The notes below the pieces were generated by a model that did not search any database, was not told where the DNA came from, and saw only the letters and a program-made list of their open reading frames with translations. Both the position numbers and the translations under genes were made by a program. This document shows positions 36,704 through 47,157 of a stretch of DNA of 64,000 bases, one piece after another (within the stretch, counting starts at the first letter, position 1; every line of letters starts with the position of its first letter). Origin of the DNA: an uncultured Clostridia bacterium (GTDB lineage Bacteria > Bacillota > Clostridia > TANB77 > CAG-508); NCBI GenBank assembly GCA_944386675.1, contig CALXBY010000006.1:330-64329 (forward strand), in the 5' to 3' direction.

Positions 36704-39274
36704 ATGTATGTTTTTAATAGGATAACGGTAAATCCACAATTACCAAAGAGAATAGAAAAATTAGGAGAAATATCTAATAACTTATGGTGGTCTTGGAATA
36801 CAGAATTTTTGAGATTGTTCCAAAAGATAGATATGGACCTATGGGAGCAATGTTCTAAAAACCCTGTGAAATTTTTAAAACAAGTATCACAAGAAAGATT
36901 AGAAAAAGCAGCAAAAGATTTAAGTTTCTTAAAGGAATATGACAAAGTTGCTGAAAATTTTGAAGATTATATGAATAGCAAAAATACGTGGTTTGCTAGT
37001 AAATATCCAAGTAATAAAAAAGATTTAATTGCATATTTCTCAGCTGAATATGGATTAGATCAAACAATACCAATTTATTCAGGAGGACTTGGAATTTTAT
37101 CAGGAGACCATCTGAAATCTGCAAGTGATTTAGGTATTCCACTTGTAGGTGTAGGATTATTATACAAAAATGGATATTTTAATCAAAAAATTAATGGATA
37201 TGGACAACAAGAAACAGAATATAATAATATTGATTTATATGATTTACCAATCAATCCAGTAAAAGATGACAAAGGTGATGATTTAACCATTTATGTTAAA
37301 TTCCCTAAAAGAAGATTGTATCTAAAAGTATGGCAAGTTAACGTAGGAAGAGTCAAATTATATCTATTAGACTCTGATATTCCTAAAAACAATGAAGAAG
37401 ATAGAGATGTGACTTTAAGATTATATGGCGGAGACCAAGAAATGAGAATTAGACAAGAAATTGTCTTAGGTATGGCAGGCGTTAGTCTTCTTACAAAGTA
37501 TTTAGGATTAAAGCCAACAATTTATCATATGAATGAGGGACATTCTGCATTTTTAAATTTAGAAATTATCAAAAATATAATCAAAGAAAAACAAGTTTCA
37601 TTTGAAGTAGCAAAAGATATAGCAAGTTCAAAAACTGTATTTACAACACATACACCAGTACCTGCTGGAAATGATATATTCCCAATCGAATTAGTGGAAA
37701 AATATTTCAAAGATTTCTGGCCAAGATTAGGAATTTCAAGAGAAGAATTCTTAAAATTAGGAATGAAGCCAGGACCAGACTTAGATAAAGGCTTTAATAT
37801 GGGAATATTAGCATTAAAAATTGCAGGAAAGAAAAATGGAGTTAGTAAACTTCATGGAGCAGTTTCTAGAGAATTGTTTAGTGAAGTTTGGCCTAATATT
37901 GCAGCAAATGAATCACCAATAGGATATGTTACAAATGGAATCCATACTTGTTCATGGCTTGCACCTAGATTAAAAGAATTATACAACAAATATTTGATTC
38001 CTTATTGGCAAGACAATATGCACCATGATTATGTATGGGAGAAAATTAAAAATATTCCAGATGATAAATTATGGAGTGCTCACGTAGAAAGAAAAAGAAA
38101 ATTAATTAATTTAGTAAAAGAGAACACAACAGAAAGATTAAGAAGATCTGGATATAGTTATGAAGAGATTAATGAAATTGTGTCAAAATTAAATCCAGAT
38201 GCATTAACAATTGGTTTTGCTAGAAGATTTGCAACATACAAAAGAGCAACATTAATATTTAAAGATATCGAAAGAATGACTCAAATTATGAATAATGCTG
38301 GAAGACCAGTACAATTAATCTTTGCAGGAAAAGCACATCCAGCAGATAAAGAGGGACAAGATTTAATAAAATATATTCATGAAGTATCTATGATGCCACA
38401 ATTTAAAGGAAAAATATTCTTATTGGAAAACTACAATATTGCTATGTCAAGATATCTAGTAAGTGGTGTAGATGTATGGTTAAACAATCCAAGAAGACCA
38501 ATGGAAGCATCAGGAACGAGTGGACAAAAAGCATCTGTAAATGGTGTTATCAACTTTAGTGTACTAGATGGTTGGTGGGCTGAAGGATATACACAAAATA
38601 ATGGATGGACAATTGGAACAAATGCAGAATATGATTCATATGAAGCACAAGATATGGCAGATAGCCAAAGTATGTATCATACATTAGAAGAAAAAATTAT
38701 TCCAACATATTATGACAGAGATAAAAATGGAATATCAAAAAGATGGCTAGAAATCATGAAAAATTCAATTATAACTACAGGAGGAAAATATAGTACAGCC
38801 AGAATGTTAGTAGATTATACAAATCAATTGTATATTCCATTATGTAATCTTACAAAGAAATATTATGAAAATATTGATAATGTAGCAGCATATAATGCAT
38901 GGAAAAAAGATTTATATGAAAATTGGAAAGATATTAAAATTACACAAGAAAATACTAATCTTGATAATATAACATTAGATGCTGGAAATAATATTGAAGT
39001 AGGATGTGAAGTACAACTTCCAAATATTGATGTAGAAAATGTAACTGTAGAAGCTTATTATGGAAAAATACTAGATAATGGTGTAGTAGAAAATGTAAGT
39101 ATTATTCCAATGCAATTACAAGAAGCAGATGAAGAGCATAGAAAATATTATTTTACAACAAAGATAGAGTTAACAACCGGAGGAAACTATGGTTATACAT
39201 TTAGAGTTATGCCAAAACATGAAATGTTATTAGAACCAGCAAACTTGAATTTAGTAAAATGGATAACCAAATAG
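36704..39274 (+). CDS. Alpha-glucan (maltodextrin/glycogen) phosphorylase, GT35 with DUF3417-type N-terminus
   Basis: NPQLPKRIEKLGEISNNLWWSWN N-terminus and EASGTSGQKASVNG pyridoxal-phosphate region. Confidence 0.9.
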   Translation: MYVFNRITVNPQLPKRIEKLGEISNNLWWSWNTEFLRLFQKIDMDLWEQCSKNPVKFLKQVSQERLEKAAKDLSFLKEYDKVAENFEDYMNSKNTWFASKYPSNKKDLIAYFSAEYGLDQTIPIYSGGLGILSGDHLKSASDLGIPLVGVGLLYKNGYFNQKINGYGQQETEYNNIDLYDLPINPVKDDKGDDLTIYVKFPKRRLYLKVWQVNVGRVKLYLLDSDIPKNNEEDRDVTLRLYGGDQEMRIRQEIVLGMAGVSLLTKYLGLKPTIYHMNEGHSAFLNLEIIKNIIKEKQVSFEVAKDIASSKTVFTTHTPVPAGNDIFPIELVEKYFKDFWPRLGISREEFLKLGMKPGPDLDKGFNMGILALKIAGKKNGVSKLHGAVSRELFSEVWPNIAANESPIGYVTNGIHTCSWLAPRLKELYNKYLIPYWQDNMHHDYVWEKIKNIPDDKLWSAHVERKRKLINLVKENTTERLRRSGYSYEEINEIVSKLNPDALTIGFARRFATYKRATLIFKDIERMTQIMNNAGRPVQLIFAGKAHPADKEGQDLIKYIHEVSMMPQFKGKIFLLENYNIAMSRYLVSGVDVWLNNPRRPMEASGTSGQKASVNGVINFSVLDGWWAEGYTQNNGWTIGTNAEYDSYEAQDMADSQSMYHTLEEKIIPTYYDRDKNGISKRWLEIMKNSIITTGGKYSTARMLVDYTNQLYIPLCNLTKKYYENIDNVAAYNAWKKDLYENWKDIKITQENTNLDNITLDAGNNIEVGCEVQLPNIDVENVTVEAYYGKILDNGVVENVSIIPMQLQEADEEHRKYYFTTKIELTTGGNYGYTFRVMPKHEMLLEPANLNLVKWITK

Positions 39275-39615
39275 GGACGTGCCAAATCGTTTCAAAATGA
39301 AACCAAAAGGGACAGACCTATCCCAAAAATCTTTTTTAAGATTATGATATCATAAAACATCATATTAAATAATTTGTGAAATGACGAATGTGAATGAAAT
39401 CATAATAGAAAAAATTAAGGTATCTAATAGGAGAATCTCAAAACTTAATTTTGAGAGGTGCCTATTAGATACCTTTAATTTTTCTTTATGATGTAATGTT
39501 AGCCGAGGAATGCTATAAATTATTTAATATAATGTTTTATTTAGCTTCATAGTAATAATTTTTTCAAAGGACTGTCCCTTTTGGTTTCATTTTGAAACGA
39601 TTTGGCACGTCCCTA
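39272..39615. mobile_element. Second MITE-like element with the same 45-bp TIRs (44/45 match), TA flanks and a different palindromic core
   Basis: TIR-L 39274-39318 and TIR-R 39569-39613. TA lies at 39272-73 and 39614-15. Confidence 0.8.
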
Positions 39616-40842
39616 TTGAACTAATTTATGTGTATAATCAAGATTGTTCCAAGAATCGTATTCATAGCCAATCGTATAGACATTAGTTGCCCAAATATCT
39701 TTTTCTAACATATATTTAGAGTTCTTATTAGTGCTAGTATCCATATATTTTTTTACAGAAGTGATAATTTCTAATTTCGGATTAATTTTTGATATTTCTG
39801 AAATTAAATATTTTCCTTTATTAGTAAAACCTAAGACTCTAATATAAGGCATAACTTTTTTTGATAATGCCATATCTTTTTTTGTAATTCCTAATAAGGC
39901 ATATAGTAAAATTCTCTGAAGTCTGGTATTTGTATATCTTTTGGACTTGATAATATTTAAAAATTCTACGACGCTATTGCAAGAATTTGCTGCATTTTTA
40001 ATAGCGTTTTCTAATCCTTCACTAACATCAGGAAGTTCTGCAATTTCTGAAATAGACATTTTTCGTAAATTATAGATAATCTGTTTCTCAAAGACAGATA
40101 AATCAGGAACGATATGTCCTACTTTTATATTTTCCAAAAGAAGAGAAAAAGTACTTTCTGGAACAACTTTTCTTAAAATATCCCAACCATTATTTTTGAC
40201 AATATTTCGTATAGCTGTAGCACTTGCAATATTTCCTGTAGTTGTGGTATCATGATATCCCGCATCATAACGTTCAATTGTAACAGGAATAATAGTACTT
40301 TTATATTTTTTCAAAGCCTTTAAATATTCGATGCCTAAAATATTGTTAGGAGAAGATAACACATTTGAAAATCTTCTAATATCATTTAAATACATAAGTA
40401 AAGCATTTTCACGAGCCTTTGGAAAGGACAAGCCTTTATTTAATTCATGTGCTAAGATATTTTTATAAGCTTTAGGCTCTTTATATAAAATATCTGCTAT
40501 CATATTTAAGGTAGAAATATTTCCTGATTCAGAACCAAAAGAAATATAATCTACAACTTTTAAAGAATCTAAAAGTTTGATAGCACCTTCTGCAAAGTTT
40601 TCTGCACTAGAGATAGAATATAGTAATGGAAGTTCAATAACTAAGTCAATACCATTTCTCAAGGCTATTTCTGCTTTTGTCCATTTATCTACTAAGGATG
40701 TGGAACCTCTTTGGGTAAAGTTTCCGCTAATAATAGCTATAGAATAAGAACAACCTGTATCTTGCATAGATTTTTGTAGGTGATATAAATGACCATTATG
40801 AAAAGGGTTATATTCTGCTACAATACCAAGAACTTTACTCAT
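39613..40842 (-). CDS. tmcAL: tRNA(Met) cytidine acetate ligase (YlbM/TmcAL nucleotidyltransferase)
   Basis: MSKVLGIVAEYNPFHNGHLYHL. Start moved to 40842, which has AAGGAAG upstream. Confidence 0.85.
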   Translation of the reverse strand: MSKVLGIVAEYNPFHNGHLYHLQKSMQDTGCSYSIAIISGNFTQRGSTSLVDKWTKAEIALRNGIDLVIELPLLYSISSAENFAEGAIKLLDSLKVVDYISFGSESGNISTLNMIADILYKEPKAYKNILAHELNKGLSFPKARENALLMYLNDIRRFSNVLSSPNNILGIEYLKALKKYKSTIIPVTIERYDAGYHDTTTTGNIASATAIRNIVKNNGWDILRKVVPESTFSLLLENIKVGHIVPDLSVFEKQIIYNLRKMSISEIAELPDVSEGLENAIKNAANSCNSVVEFLNIIKSKRYTNTRLQRILLYALLGITKKDMALSKKVMPYIRVLGFTNKGKYLISEISKINPKLEIITSVKKYMDTSTNKNSKYMLEKDIWATNVYTIGYEYDSWNNLDYTHKLVQ

Positions 40843-40993
40843 TTTCCAACTTCCTTTCTTAGAAATATTGTATAATTTATAAAATACTGATATAATGTTA
40901 TCATAAAAAATGTTAAAACACAATTAAAAAGAAAAGTTTTAAAATAAAAAAGAGATTTGTAATAAAATTGTAAATAAGAATATGGAGGTTTTT

Positions 40994-41431
40994 GTGGAAA
41001 AGGTCATAATATATACAGATGGTGCATGTTCAGGAAATCCAGGACCTGGTGGCTGGGGGTCTATTTTAATGTATAAGGAAAATTCAAAGGAAATATCAGG
41101 AGGAGAGAAAAATACTACAAATAATGTAATGGAATTAACAGCGGTTATTGAAGGGCTTAAATTATTGAAATTTCCTTGTGAAGTAGAAATATATAGTGAC
41201 AGTGCTTATGTCGTAAATGCATTTAATCAAGGATGGATATACAATTGGATAAAAAATAATTGGAGAACATCAGGAAAAGAACCAGTAAAAAACAAAGAAA
41301 TTTGGCAAGAATTGTATGCATTAACTAAAATACATAAGGTGAAATTTATAAAAGTAAAAGGACATAGTGATAATGAATTTAATAACAGATGTGACGAAAT
41401 GGCAAGAAATGCAATAAAAAATCTAGAATAA
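40994..41431 (+). CDS. rnhA: Ribonuclease HI
   Basis: [21 protein letters not shown] at 40994 lies 5 nt after GGAGG. ATG 40982 has no RBS. Confidence 0.85.
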   Translation: MEKVIIYTDGACSGNPGPGGWGSILMYKENSKEISGGEKNTTNNVMELTAVIEGLKLLKFPCEVEIYSDSAYVVNAFNQGWIYNWIKNNWRTSGKEPVKNKEIWQELYALTKIHKVKFIKVKGHSDNEFNNRCDEMARNAIKNLE

Positions 41432-41447
41432 AAGAAGGAGATGCAAA

Positions 41448-42689
41448 ATGATAGTAGAACAATTTATATTTACAGTTGTTTCACTTGCAATTTTTGTATA
41501 CATGTTTTTTAAAATGATAAAAAATAATGATACAAGTTATATTGTAATTTTAATATTAGAAGCAATTGGAATAGCTCTAAACTTTTTAGAATTTGCACTT
41601 TTTATAGAGCTAAATTTGTTTTTAAATCTATTAAAATATGTACTTTCAATTATAATACCAGGAATCGTTATTATATTGGAAAGACGAGGAATGACATTAA
41701 TAGAAATGATAAATGTAACAAAGGCAAAATTTTATTTAGCAGTTGGAAACGACAAAAAAGCAAAAGAAGCATTATTAAACTTAGTTTCAAAAGTGCCTAA
41801 TAGTTATAAAGGACATAAAATGCTTGCAGGATTATATGAAAAAGAAGGTGGAATGAGAAAATCAATTGATGAATATGTACAAGCAATTGATATTAACAAA
41901 AAAGATTATGAATCTTATTACAAAGTAGCAGAATTATTAAATAACTTAGATAAAAAAGACGAAGCAGCAGAAATGTTATTTAATTTATTAGGTAAAAAGC
42001 CAGATATGTATAAAGCAACAGAATTATTAGGGGATATATTGATTTCCAAAGAAATGTATAAAGAAGCTGTAAATATTTATCAAGAAGCCTTAAAATATAA
42101 TCCAGTAAGTTATGAAATACACTATAATTTGGGAATTGCATATACCATGTTAAATGATTTTCAAAATGCAAAAATTTGTTATGAGAAAGCAGCAGAAATT
42201 AATTCTTTACTATATAATGCAAAATATTCTTTAGCAGAAATCGCTTTAATTTATAAAGATTTAGAAGAAGCAGAAAAAAGATTTTTGCAAGCAATTGAAG
42301 AAGAAGAATTATCAGCAGATGGATATTACGAATTAGCCAAAATATATCTAATAAAAGGAGATAAAGAAACAGCTATAAAATATGCAAATACAGCTATTGA
42401 TATTGCTTCTAAAAAAATAGTAGAAAAGGTAAAAAAAGATCCATTATTTATACCAATTATGGCAAGAATCTCCATCCCATTTAACTTAGACAATCAAGAG
42501 GAAGAAAAAGAAAATAAATTAGAAGAAAAAGAAATAAAAGCCAAAGAACACCTAGAAGAAATGGTAGATATTACTAGACATTTAAGCTATAATGATATTA
42601 ATTTGTTAAAGAAAAACACAAAAGAGAAAAACGGTAGAGCAATTAATTTAGAAAATATAGAAAGAGAACAAGATGAACGACAAAAATGA
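41448..42689 (+). CDS. Membrane-anchored TPR-repeat protein
   Basis: Three N-terminal TM helices, then repeated TPR-like A..YY..A units. Confidence 0.75.
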   Translation: MIVEQFIFTVVSLAIFVYMFFKMIKNNDTSYIVILILEAIGIALNFLEFALFIELNLFLNLLKYVLSIIIPGIVIILERRGMTLIEMINVTKAKFYLAVGNDKKAKEALLNLVSKVPNSYKGHKMLAGLYEKEGGMRKSIDEYVQAIDINKKDYESYYKVAELLNNLDKKDEAAEMLFNLLGKKPDMYKATELLGDILISKEMYKEAVNIYQEALKYNPVSYEIHYNLGIAYTMLNDFQNAKICYEKAAEINSLLYNAKYSLAEIALIYKDLEEAEKRFLQAIEEEELSADGYYELAKIYLIKGDKETAIKYANTAIDIASKKIVEKVKKDPLFIPIMARISIPFNLDNQEEEKENKLEEKEIKAKEHLEEMVDITRHLSYNDINLLKKNTKEKNGRAINLENIEREQDERQK

Positions 42690-42781
42690 ATTTCATCAAA
42701 ATAAATTTAAATAGTTAAATATATTCAAATATACTCATAAAATCTTAAGGAAAAACTATAATGATATATAGGGGGGATTTT

Positions 42782-43597
42782 ATGAGTATGAATTTTTGTA
42801 TCATAGGAGGAGATTTAAGAAACTTTTTTTTAGCTCAACTATTATCTAAAGAAAAACAAGAAGTAAAACTATATGGATTTGATAAGTTGGAAAATTTCAA
42901 AGAATGTGAAAAATATGATAAAATGATGGATAGTTCTGATATTATTATTTTACCAATACCATTTTCTAAGGATAGTAAATATGTAAATATGCCATTTTCA
43001 AATACATATATTCCAATAAAGGAAATAGTTTACCATCTAGAAAATAAAATAATATTTGTTGGAAATATACATCAAGAATTAAAAGAAGAATTACATAGAA
43101 AAAATAGTCAAGTAATTGATTTTATGCAAAAAGAAGAATTTGCTGTGTTAAATGCTATTCCAACAGCAGAAGCTACAATTGAAATAATATTAAAAAATAC
43201 AAAAAAAATATTGCAAAATAGTAATTGCTTAATTATGGGATTTGGAAGAATTGGTAAAGTTTTAGCACATAAACTAAAAGGACTATCTGCAAAAATAACA
43301 TGTATGACAACGAGTGAAGAAGAGACGGCTTGGGCAATAGTATATGGATACGAAACTTTAACAATAAAAAATATGCAAAATAATTGTACAAAATTAAAAC
43401 AGTATGATATAATCATAAACACAATTCCTAAAGGAATATTTAAAGAAGAATTAAAAGAGATAAGAAAAGAAACATTACTAATCGATTTATCTTCAAAGCC
43501 TTATGGAATTGATAGAAAAATAGTAGAACAAGAAAAAATTAATTTTATAGAAGCACTAGGATTACCACGGAAAATCAGCACCAGTAACATCAGCTAA
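42782..43597 (+). CDS. dpaA: Dipicolinate synthase subunit A, with an apparent frameshift near the 3' end (conserved tail continues in the +1 frame to 43631)
   Basis: NAIPTAEATIE and GFGRIGK motifs. The frame ends LPRKISTSNIS*. The +1 frame reads SAPVTSAKYMKDIIKQYI*, like the LPGK.AP.T tail as I recall it. Confidence 0.85.
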   Translation: MSMNFCIIGGDLRNFFLAQLLSKEKQEVKLYGFDKLENFKECEKYDKMMDSSDIIILPIPFSKDSKYVNMPFSNTYIPIKEIVYHLENKIIFVGNIHQELKEELHRKNSQVIDFMQKEEFAVLNAIPTAEATIEIILKNTKKILQNSNCLIMGFGRIGKVLAHKLKGLSAKITCMTTSEEETAWAIVYGYETLTIKNMQNNCTKLKQYDIIINTIPKGIFKEELKEIRKETLLIDLSSKPYGIDRKIVEQEKINFIEALGLPRKISTSNIS

Positions 43598-43748
43598 ATA
43601 TATGAAAGACATAATAAAACAATATATATAAATAAAAAACTAAAATAAAGAGAACAATAAATTACAAAAGAGGGAACATATCTTAACATAATGAAAAATG
43701 TCCAAAGGTAAAGTGTGTCCTCTGACTATAGAAAAAGGAGAGAAAGAT

Positions 43749-44600
43749 ATGGTTTTAGATATTATAAAATCTATTATATTTGGAATTGTAGAAGGAATTA
43801 CAGAATGGTTACCAATTAGTAGTACAGGACATTTAATATTAGTTGAGCAATTTTTGAAATTTGAAAATGTTTCACCCCAATTTTGGTCAATGTTTCAAGT
43901 CGTTATTCAGTTAGGAGCTATTTTAGCAGTTGTCTTATTGTATTTTAAGAAAATTTGGCCAATTACAAAAAACAAAGAAAAAGCAATTAAACAGACAGGA
44001 ATTTTATCTTACTTTGATAAAAACATTATGAGTCTATGGGGAAAAATTTTAGTAGGATGTGTACCAGCAGCAATTATTGGATTATTATTTGATGAAACAT
44101 TTGAAGCATTATTTTATAATCCAACCTGTATTGCAATTGCATTAATAGTATTTGGTATTGCTTTTATTGTTATTGAAAATTGGAACAAGAACCGAAAGGG
44201 TGCAAAAGATAAAAATTCAGAAATTACATATAAGGATGCATTAATTATAGGGGTATTTCAATTATTAGCGGCTATTTTTCCAGGAACATCGCGTTCAGGA
44301 GCAACAATTATAGGAGGATTGTTAATTGGTTTATCAAGACCAAACGCAGCAGAATTTACATTTTATTTGGCAATTCCAACTATGTTAGGAGCTAGCTTAT
44401 TAAAATTAGTAAAATTTGGTTTAGAATTTACAAGTGCTGAAATTATTATTCTATTGGTGGGAATGATAATATCATTTATAGTATCTATGTTTGTCATTAA
44501 ATTCTTAATGAACTATATTAAGAAACATGATTTTAAAGTATTTGGATATTACAGAATAATACTTGGAATAATCGTATTAGCTTATTTCTTTTTAGTATAA
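43749..44600 (+). CDS. uppP: Undecaprenyl-diphosphate phosphatase
   Basis: GIVEGITEWLPISSTGHL and PGTSRSGATI motifs. AAAGGAG upstream of 43749. Confidence 0.93.
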   Translation: MVLDIIKSIIFGIVEGITEWLPISSTGHLILVEQFLKFENVSPQFWSMFQVVIQLGAILAVVLLYFKKIWPITKNKEKAIKQTGILSYFDKNIMSLWGKILVGCVPAAIIGLLFDETFEALFYNPTCIAIALIVFGIAFIVIENWNKNRKGAKDKNSEITYKDALIIGVFQLLAAIFPGTSRSGATIIGGLLIGLSRPNAAEFTFYLAIPTMLGASLLKLVKFGLEFTSAEIIILLVGMIISFIVSMFVIKFLMNYIKKHDFKVFGYYRIILGIIVLAYFFLV

Positions 44601-44616
44601 TAGTTAAAAAATAAAG

Positions 44617-44652
44617 ATAGCAATATAACTTTTTAGTATATTGCTATTTTTT
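44617..44652 (+). terminator. Rho-independent terminator after uppP
   Basis: atagcaatata/tatattgctat stem plus T6. Confidence 0.8.
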
Positions 44653-44653
44653 A

Positions 44654-44785
44654 TTGTATAGGAAAAATCGACTTTTATCTTGACCATATATAAGATTTTT
44701 CCGTATACAACAAGGTTAAGCTTCTTATATTTGTGTGATAATTGCGAAGCAATTTTACACATGTGGCGAAGTCGATTTTCTTATA
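44654..44785. repeat. ~130-bp structured intergenic repeat, copy 2 (inverted relative to 6279-6407)
   Basis: Its reverse complement matches 6279-6407 with a few substitutions or indels. Confidence 0.85.
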
Positions 44786-44791
44786 TGGTTA

Positions 44792-45034
44792 TTAAGTATT
44801 TTTACTATCTCTTCTATCATTATTAGAAGATGTTGCACATAATTTTTCATATTCTTTGCATTTAATTTTGTAATCCATTTGCATACATAAATAGCGATAA
44901 TAACTAAAAGCTTGTTCATATTGCATAATTGGATTAAACATAGGGTCTTTATATAATTCATTCATATCAAAGTTTGGATTTCCCATATTAAAATCCATAA
45001 ACGGTTGTTGATAATAGTTAAAATCTTTTTCCAT
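44792..45034 (-). CDS. Hypothetical small Asn/Tyr/Met-rich protein (possibly spore-associated, given the ylbJ neighbour)
   Basis: GGAGG lies 7 nt upstream of the ATG at 45034. No recognisable family. Confidence 0.5.
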   Translation of the reverse strand: MEKDFNYYQQPFMDFNMGNPNFDMNELYKDPMFNPIMQYEQAFSYYRYLCMQMDYKIKCKEYEKLCATSSNNDRRDSKNT

Positions 45035-45143
45035 AGAAAAACCTCCATTCGAATAATTAAAAATGTTTTTATACAGATTGTACAAATTTAATTCTAATAA
45101 AATATATTACTATAAATAAAATATATTACAAAAATGCAGATTA

Positions 45144-46202
45144 TCATAAGTCAAAATTAAAAAAAGGAAATATATTTATAAAAATAAATGTATATAATAC
45201 AGCTATGATTCCATGTAATAATTTTCCATATATATATGGTTTAATAGAGAGATCACTTTTAGAGGTAATACTAAGTACCTGTAATAGGACAGATATTCCA
45301 CCAAATCCAAGTAAAAATGCAGTAATCAATAAATTAATGGAAAGCTTTTTACAAGCAATATTAGAAATTGTACTAATTCCATTGGTAATTTCAAAAAAGC
45401 CTGTGAACAGTGGTTCAATAAAAGAAGGCGAAACATGAATAAACTGAAACAATGGTGTTACTATTATTTCAATAATATGTGTGATACCACTTGACTTTAA
45501 GATAGAAATAATAGAGGAAAAGATAACGACAAATCCACCAATTACTAAAATAGATTTTATACTACTTATGATACTTTCTGATAAAATTTCACCTAAATTA
45601 GATAAAGATGCTTGTGTTTTTTTATTTCCATAGGATTTAGAACTTGAGGAATAATTAACAGAAGATTTGTTTTTTTTCCAAAAGCGAAAAATAATACCAA
45701 CAGACAAAGAAGCAAGCAAGTGAGTTATGAATAATAAAAAACCTATCATAGTATTTCGGTAAAGTAAAATACCAACAGAACCAATAATAAATAAAGGACC
45801 AGAGTTATTGGTAAAACTTAAAAGTCTTTCACATTCTTCTTTGGTACAAATATTTTCTTTTCTAAAATTAGTGGCAATTTTTGCACCAATTGGATATCCA
45901 CTAATAATACCCATGATAAAAGCAAAAGCACCTTCACCTCTAATATTAAATAAAGGTTTCATAAATCGATTTAATAGATTACCAATATAATAAACAATAT
46001 TTGTGTGCATTAAAAGTTCTGTAGCAACAAAAAATGGGAATAGGGATGGAACAACTGAAGTAGCCCAAAGATTAATTCCTGATTTGACTGCAACTAAATT
46101 TGAATTTGAAAAAATTAAAATGGAAATTGTAAATAGTAAGAATAGTATGGATATAAGATTTCGTTTTAATTTAAATACTATAAAATTACACTTAAACAAC
46201 AT
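45144..46202 (-). CDS. ylbJ: Sporulation integral membrane protein YlbJ (nucleoside-recognition-domain family)
   Basis: Polytopic protein with VKSGINLWATSVVPSLFPFFV. RBS GGGAGG upstream. Confidence 0.8.
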   Translation of the reverse strand: MLFKCNFIVFKLKRNLISILFLLFTISILIFSNSNLVAVKSGINLWATSVVPSLFPFFVATELLMHTNIVYYIGNLLNRFMKPLFNIRGEGAFAFIMGIISGYPIGAKIATNFRKENICTKEECERLLSFTNNSGPLFIIGSVGILLYRNTMIGFLLFITHLLASLSVGIIFRFWKKNKSSVNYSSSSKSYGNKKTQASLSNLGEILSESIISSIKSILVIGGFVVIFSSIISILKSSGITHIIEIIVTPLFQFIHVSPSFIEPLFTGFFEITNGISTISNIACKKLSINLLITAFLLGFGGISVLLQVLSITSKSDLSIKPYIYGKLLHGIIAVLYTFIFINIFPFFNFDL

Positions 46203-46426
46203 AAAATCCTCCCTGAATTTAATTAAGAATGTTTAGTAAAATAATGATAATCAAGTCTAAAATTAAATTGTATAAAAAATAGTGAAATTAGAAAAATTCG
46301 TTGACTTTTTTTATAAAAGATAATATAATTAGTTCACTATTTTTATTCAATTAAAATTTTTTGTTCATATATTTTGAATCTAAAAAAACCCAATTTAAAA
46401 TAATTTTATTCAAGGAGGTGAGGAAT

Positions 46427-47071
46427 ATGCAGGAAACTTTAGAGCTAATATTACAAGAGATAAGAGAAGTAAAAACAAAAGTAGATACATTAGAAAAGAA
46501 AGTAGACGCTCTAGAAATTAAAGTAGATAATTTAGAAGAAAAATTCGATCAAAAGTTATCAGCATTAGAAGAAAAATTCGATCAAAAGTTATCAGCATTA
46601 GAAGAAAAATTCAATCAAAGGTTATCAGCATTAGAAGAAAAATTTGAACAAAAGTTATCAGCATTAGAAGAAAAATTTGAACAAAAGTTATCAGCATTAG
46701 AAGAAAAATTCAATCAAAAGCTATCAGCATTAGAAGAAAATTTCAATCAAAAGTTATCAATACTAGAAGAAAATTTTGACAAAAAATTATTATTACAAGA
46801 AGAAAGATATGACAAAAAATTAGTATCATTAGAAGAAAGATTAACAAAAATCATAGATGAAAAAATTGAGAAAGCAATTAGTAAACAAAGTAAGGAAATA
46901 GCAGCTGAATTTCATAATCTGTTTAGATATTTAGATAAAAGATTTAAACAAATCGAAGAAAAACTAGATGAAGAAATTTTAAATAATAGACTAGCTCATG
47001 AATCTTATGAAACAAGACTATGTAAAATTGAAGCAGGACAGAATTACTTAGAAAAAAGAATTGTTGGCTAA
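46427..47071 (+). CDS. Coiled-coil protein with 11-residue tandem repeats
   Basis: RBS AAGGAGGTGA. The unit LSALEEKF(D/N/E)QK is repeated about 7 times perfectly, with degenerate flanking units. Confidence 0.75.
   Translation: MQETLELILQEIREVKTKVDTLEKKVDALEIKVDNLEEKFDQKLSALEEKFDQKLSALEEKFNQRLSALEEKFEQKLSALEEKFEQKLSALEEKFNQKLSALEENFNQKLSILEENFDKKLLLQEERYDKKLVSLEERLTKIIDEKIEKAISKQSKEIAAEFHNLFRYLDKRFKQIEEKLDEEILNNRLAHESYETRLCKIEAGQNYLEKRIVG
46523..46852 (+). repeat. Tandem 33-bp repeat, ~10 units, within the coiled-coil CDS
   Basis: Unit ttatcagcattagaagaaaaattcgatcaaaag is iterated head to tail. The central units are nearly identical. Confidence 0.9.
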
Positions 47072-47157
47072 CAAAGAGCAAAATACAAATTAAGTGAATA
47101 AAAAAGTAAAAAATGCACATACCTATAATAGAATAAAGAAGGGAAGTGCATTTTTTT

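Noticed and set aside
44792-45034. CotJA spore-coat protein assignment
   Set aside because: Only the size and the sporulation neighbourhood fit. As I recall them, the conserved CotJA motifs (PC.P, FQP, GTLW) are absent.
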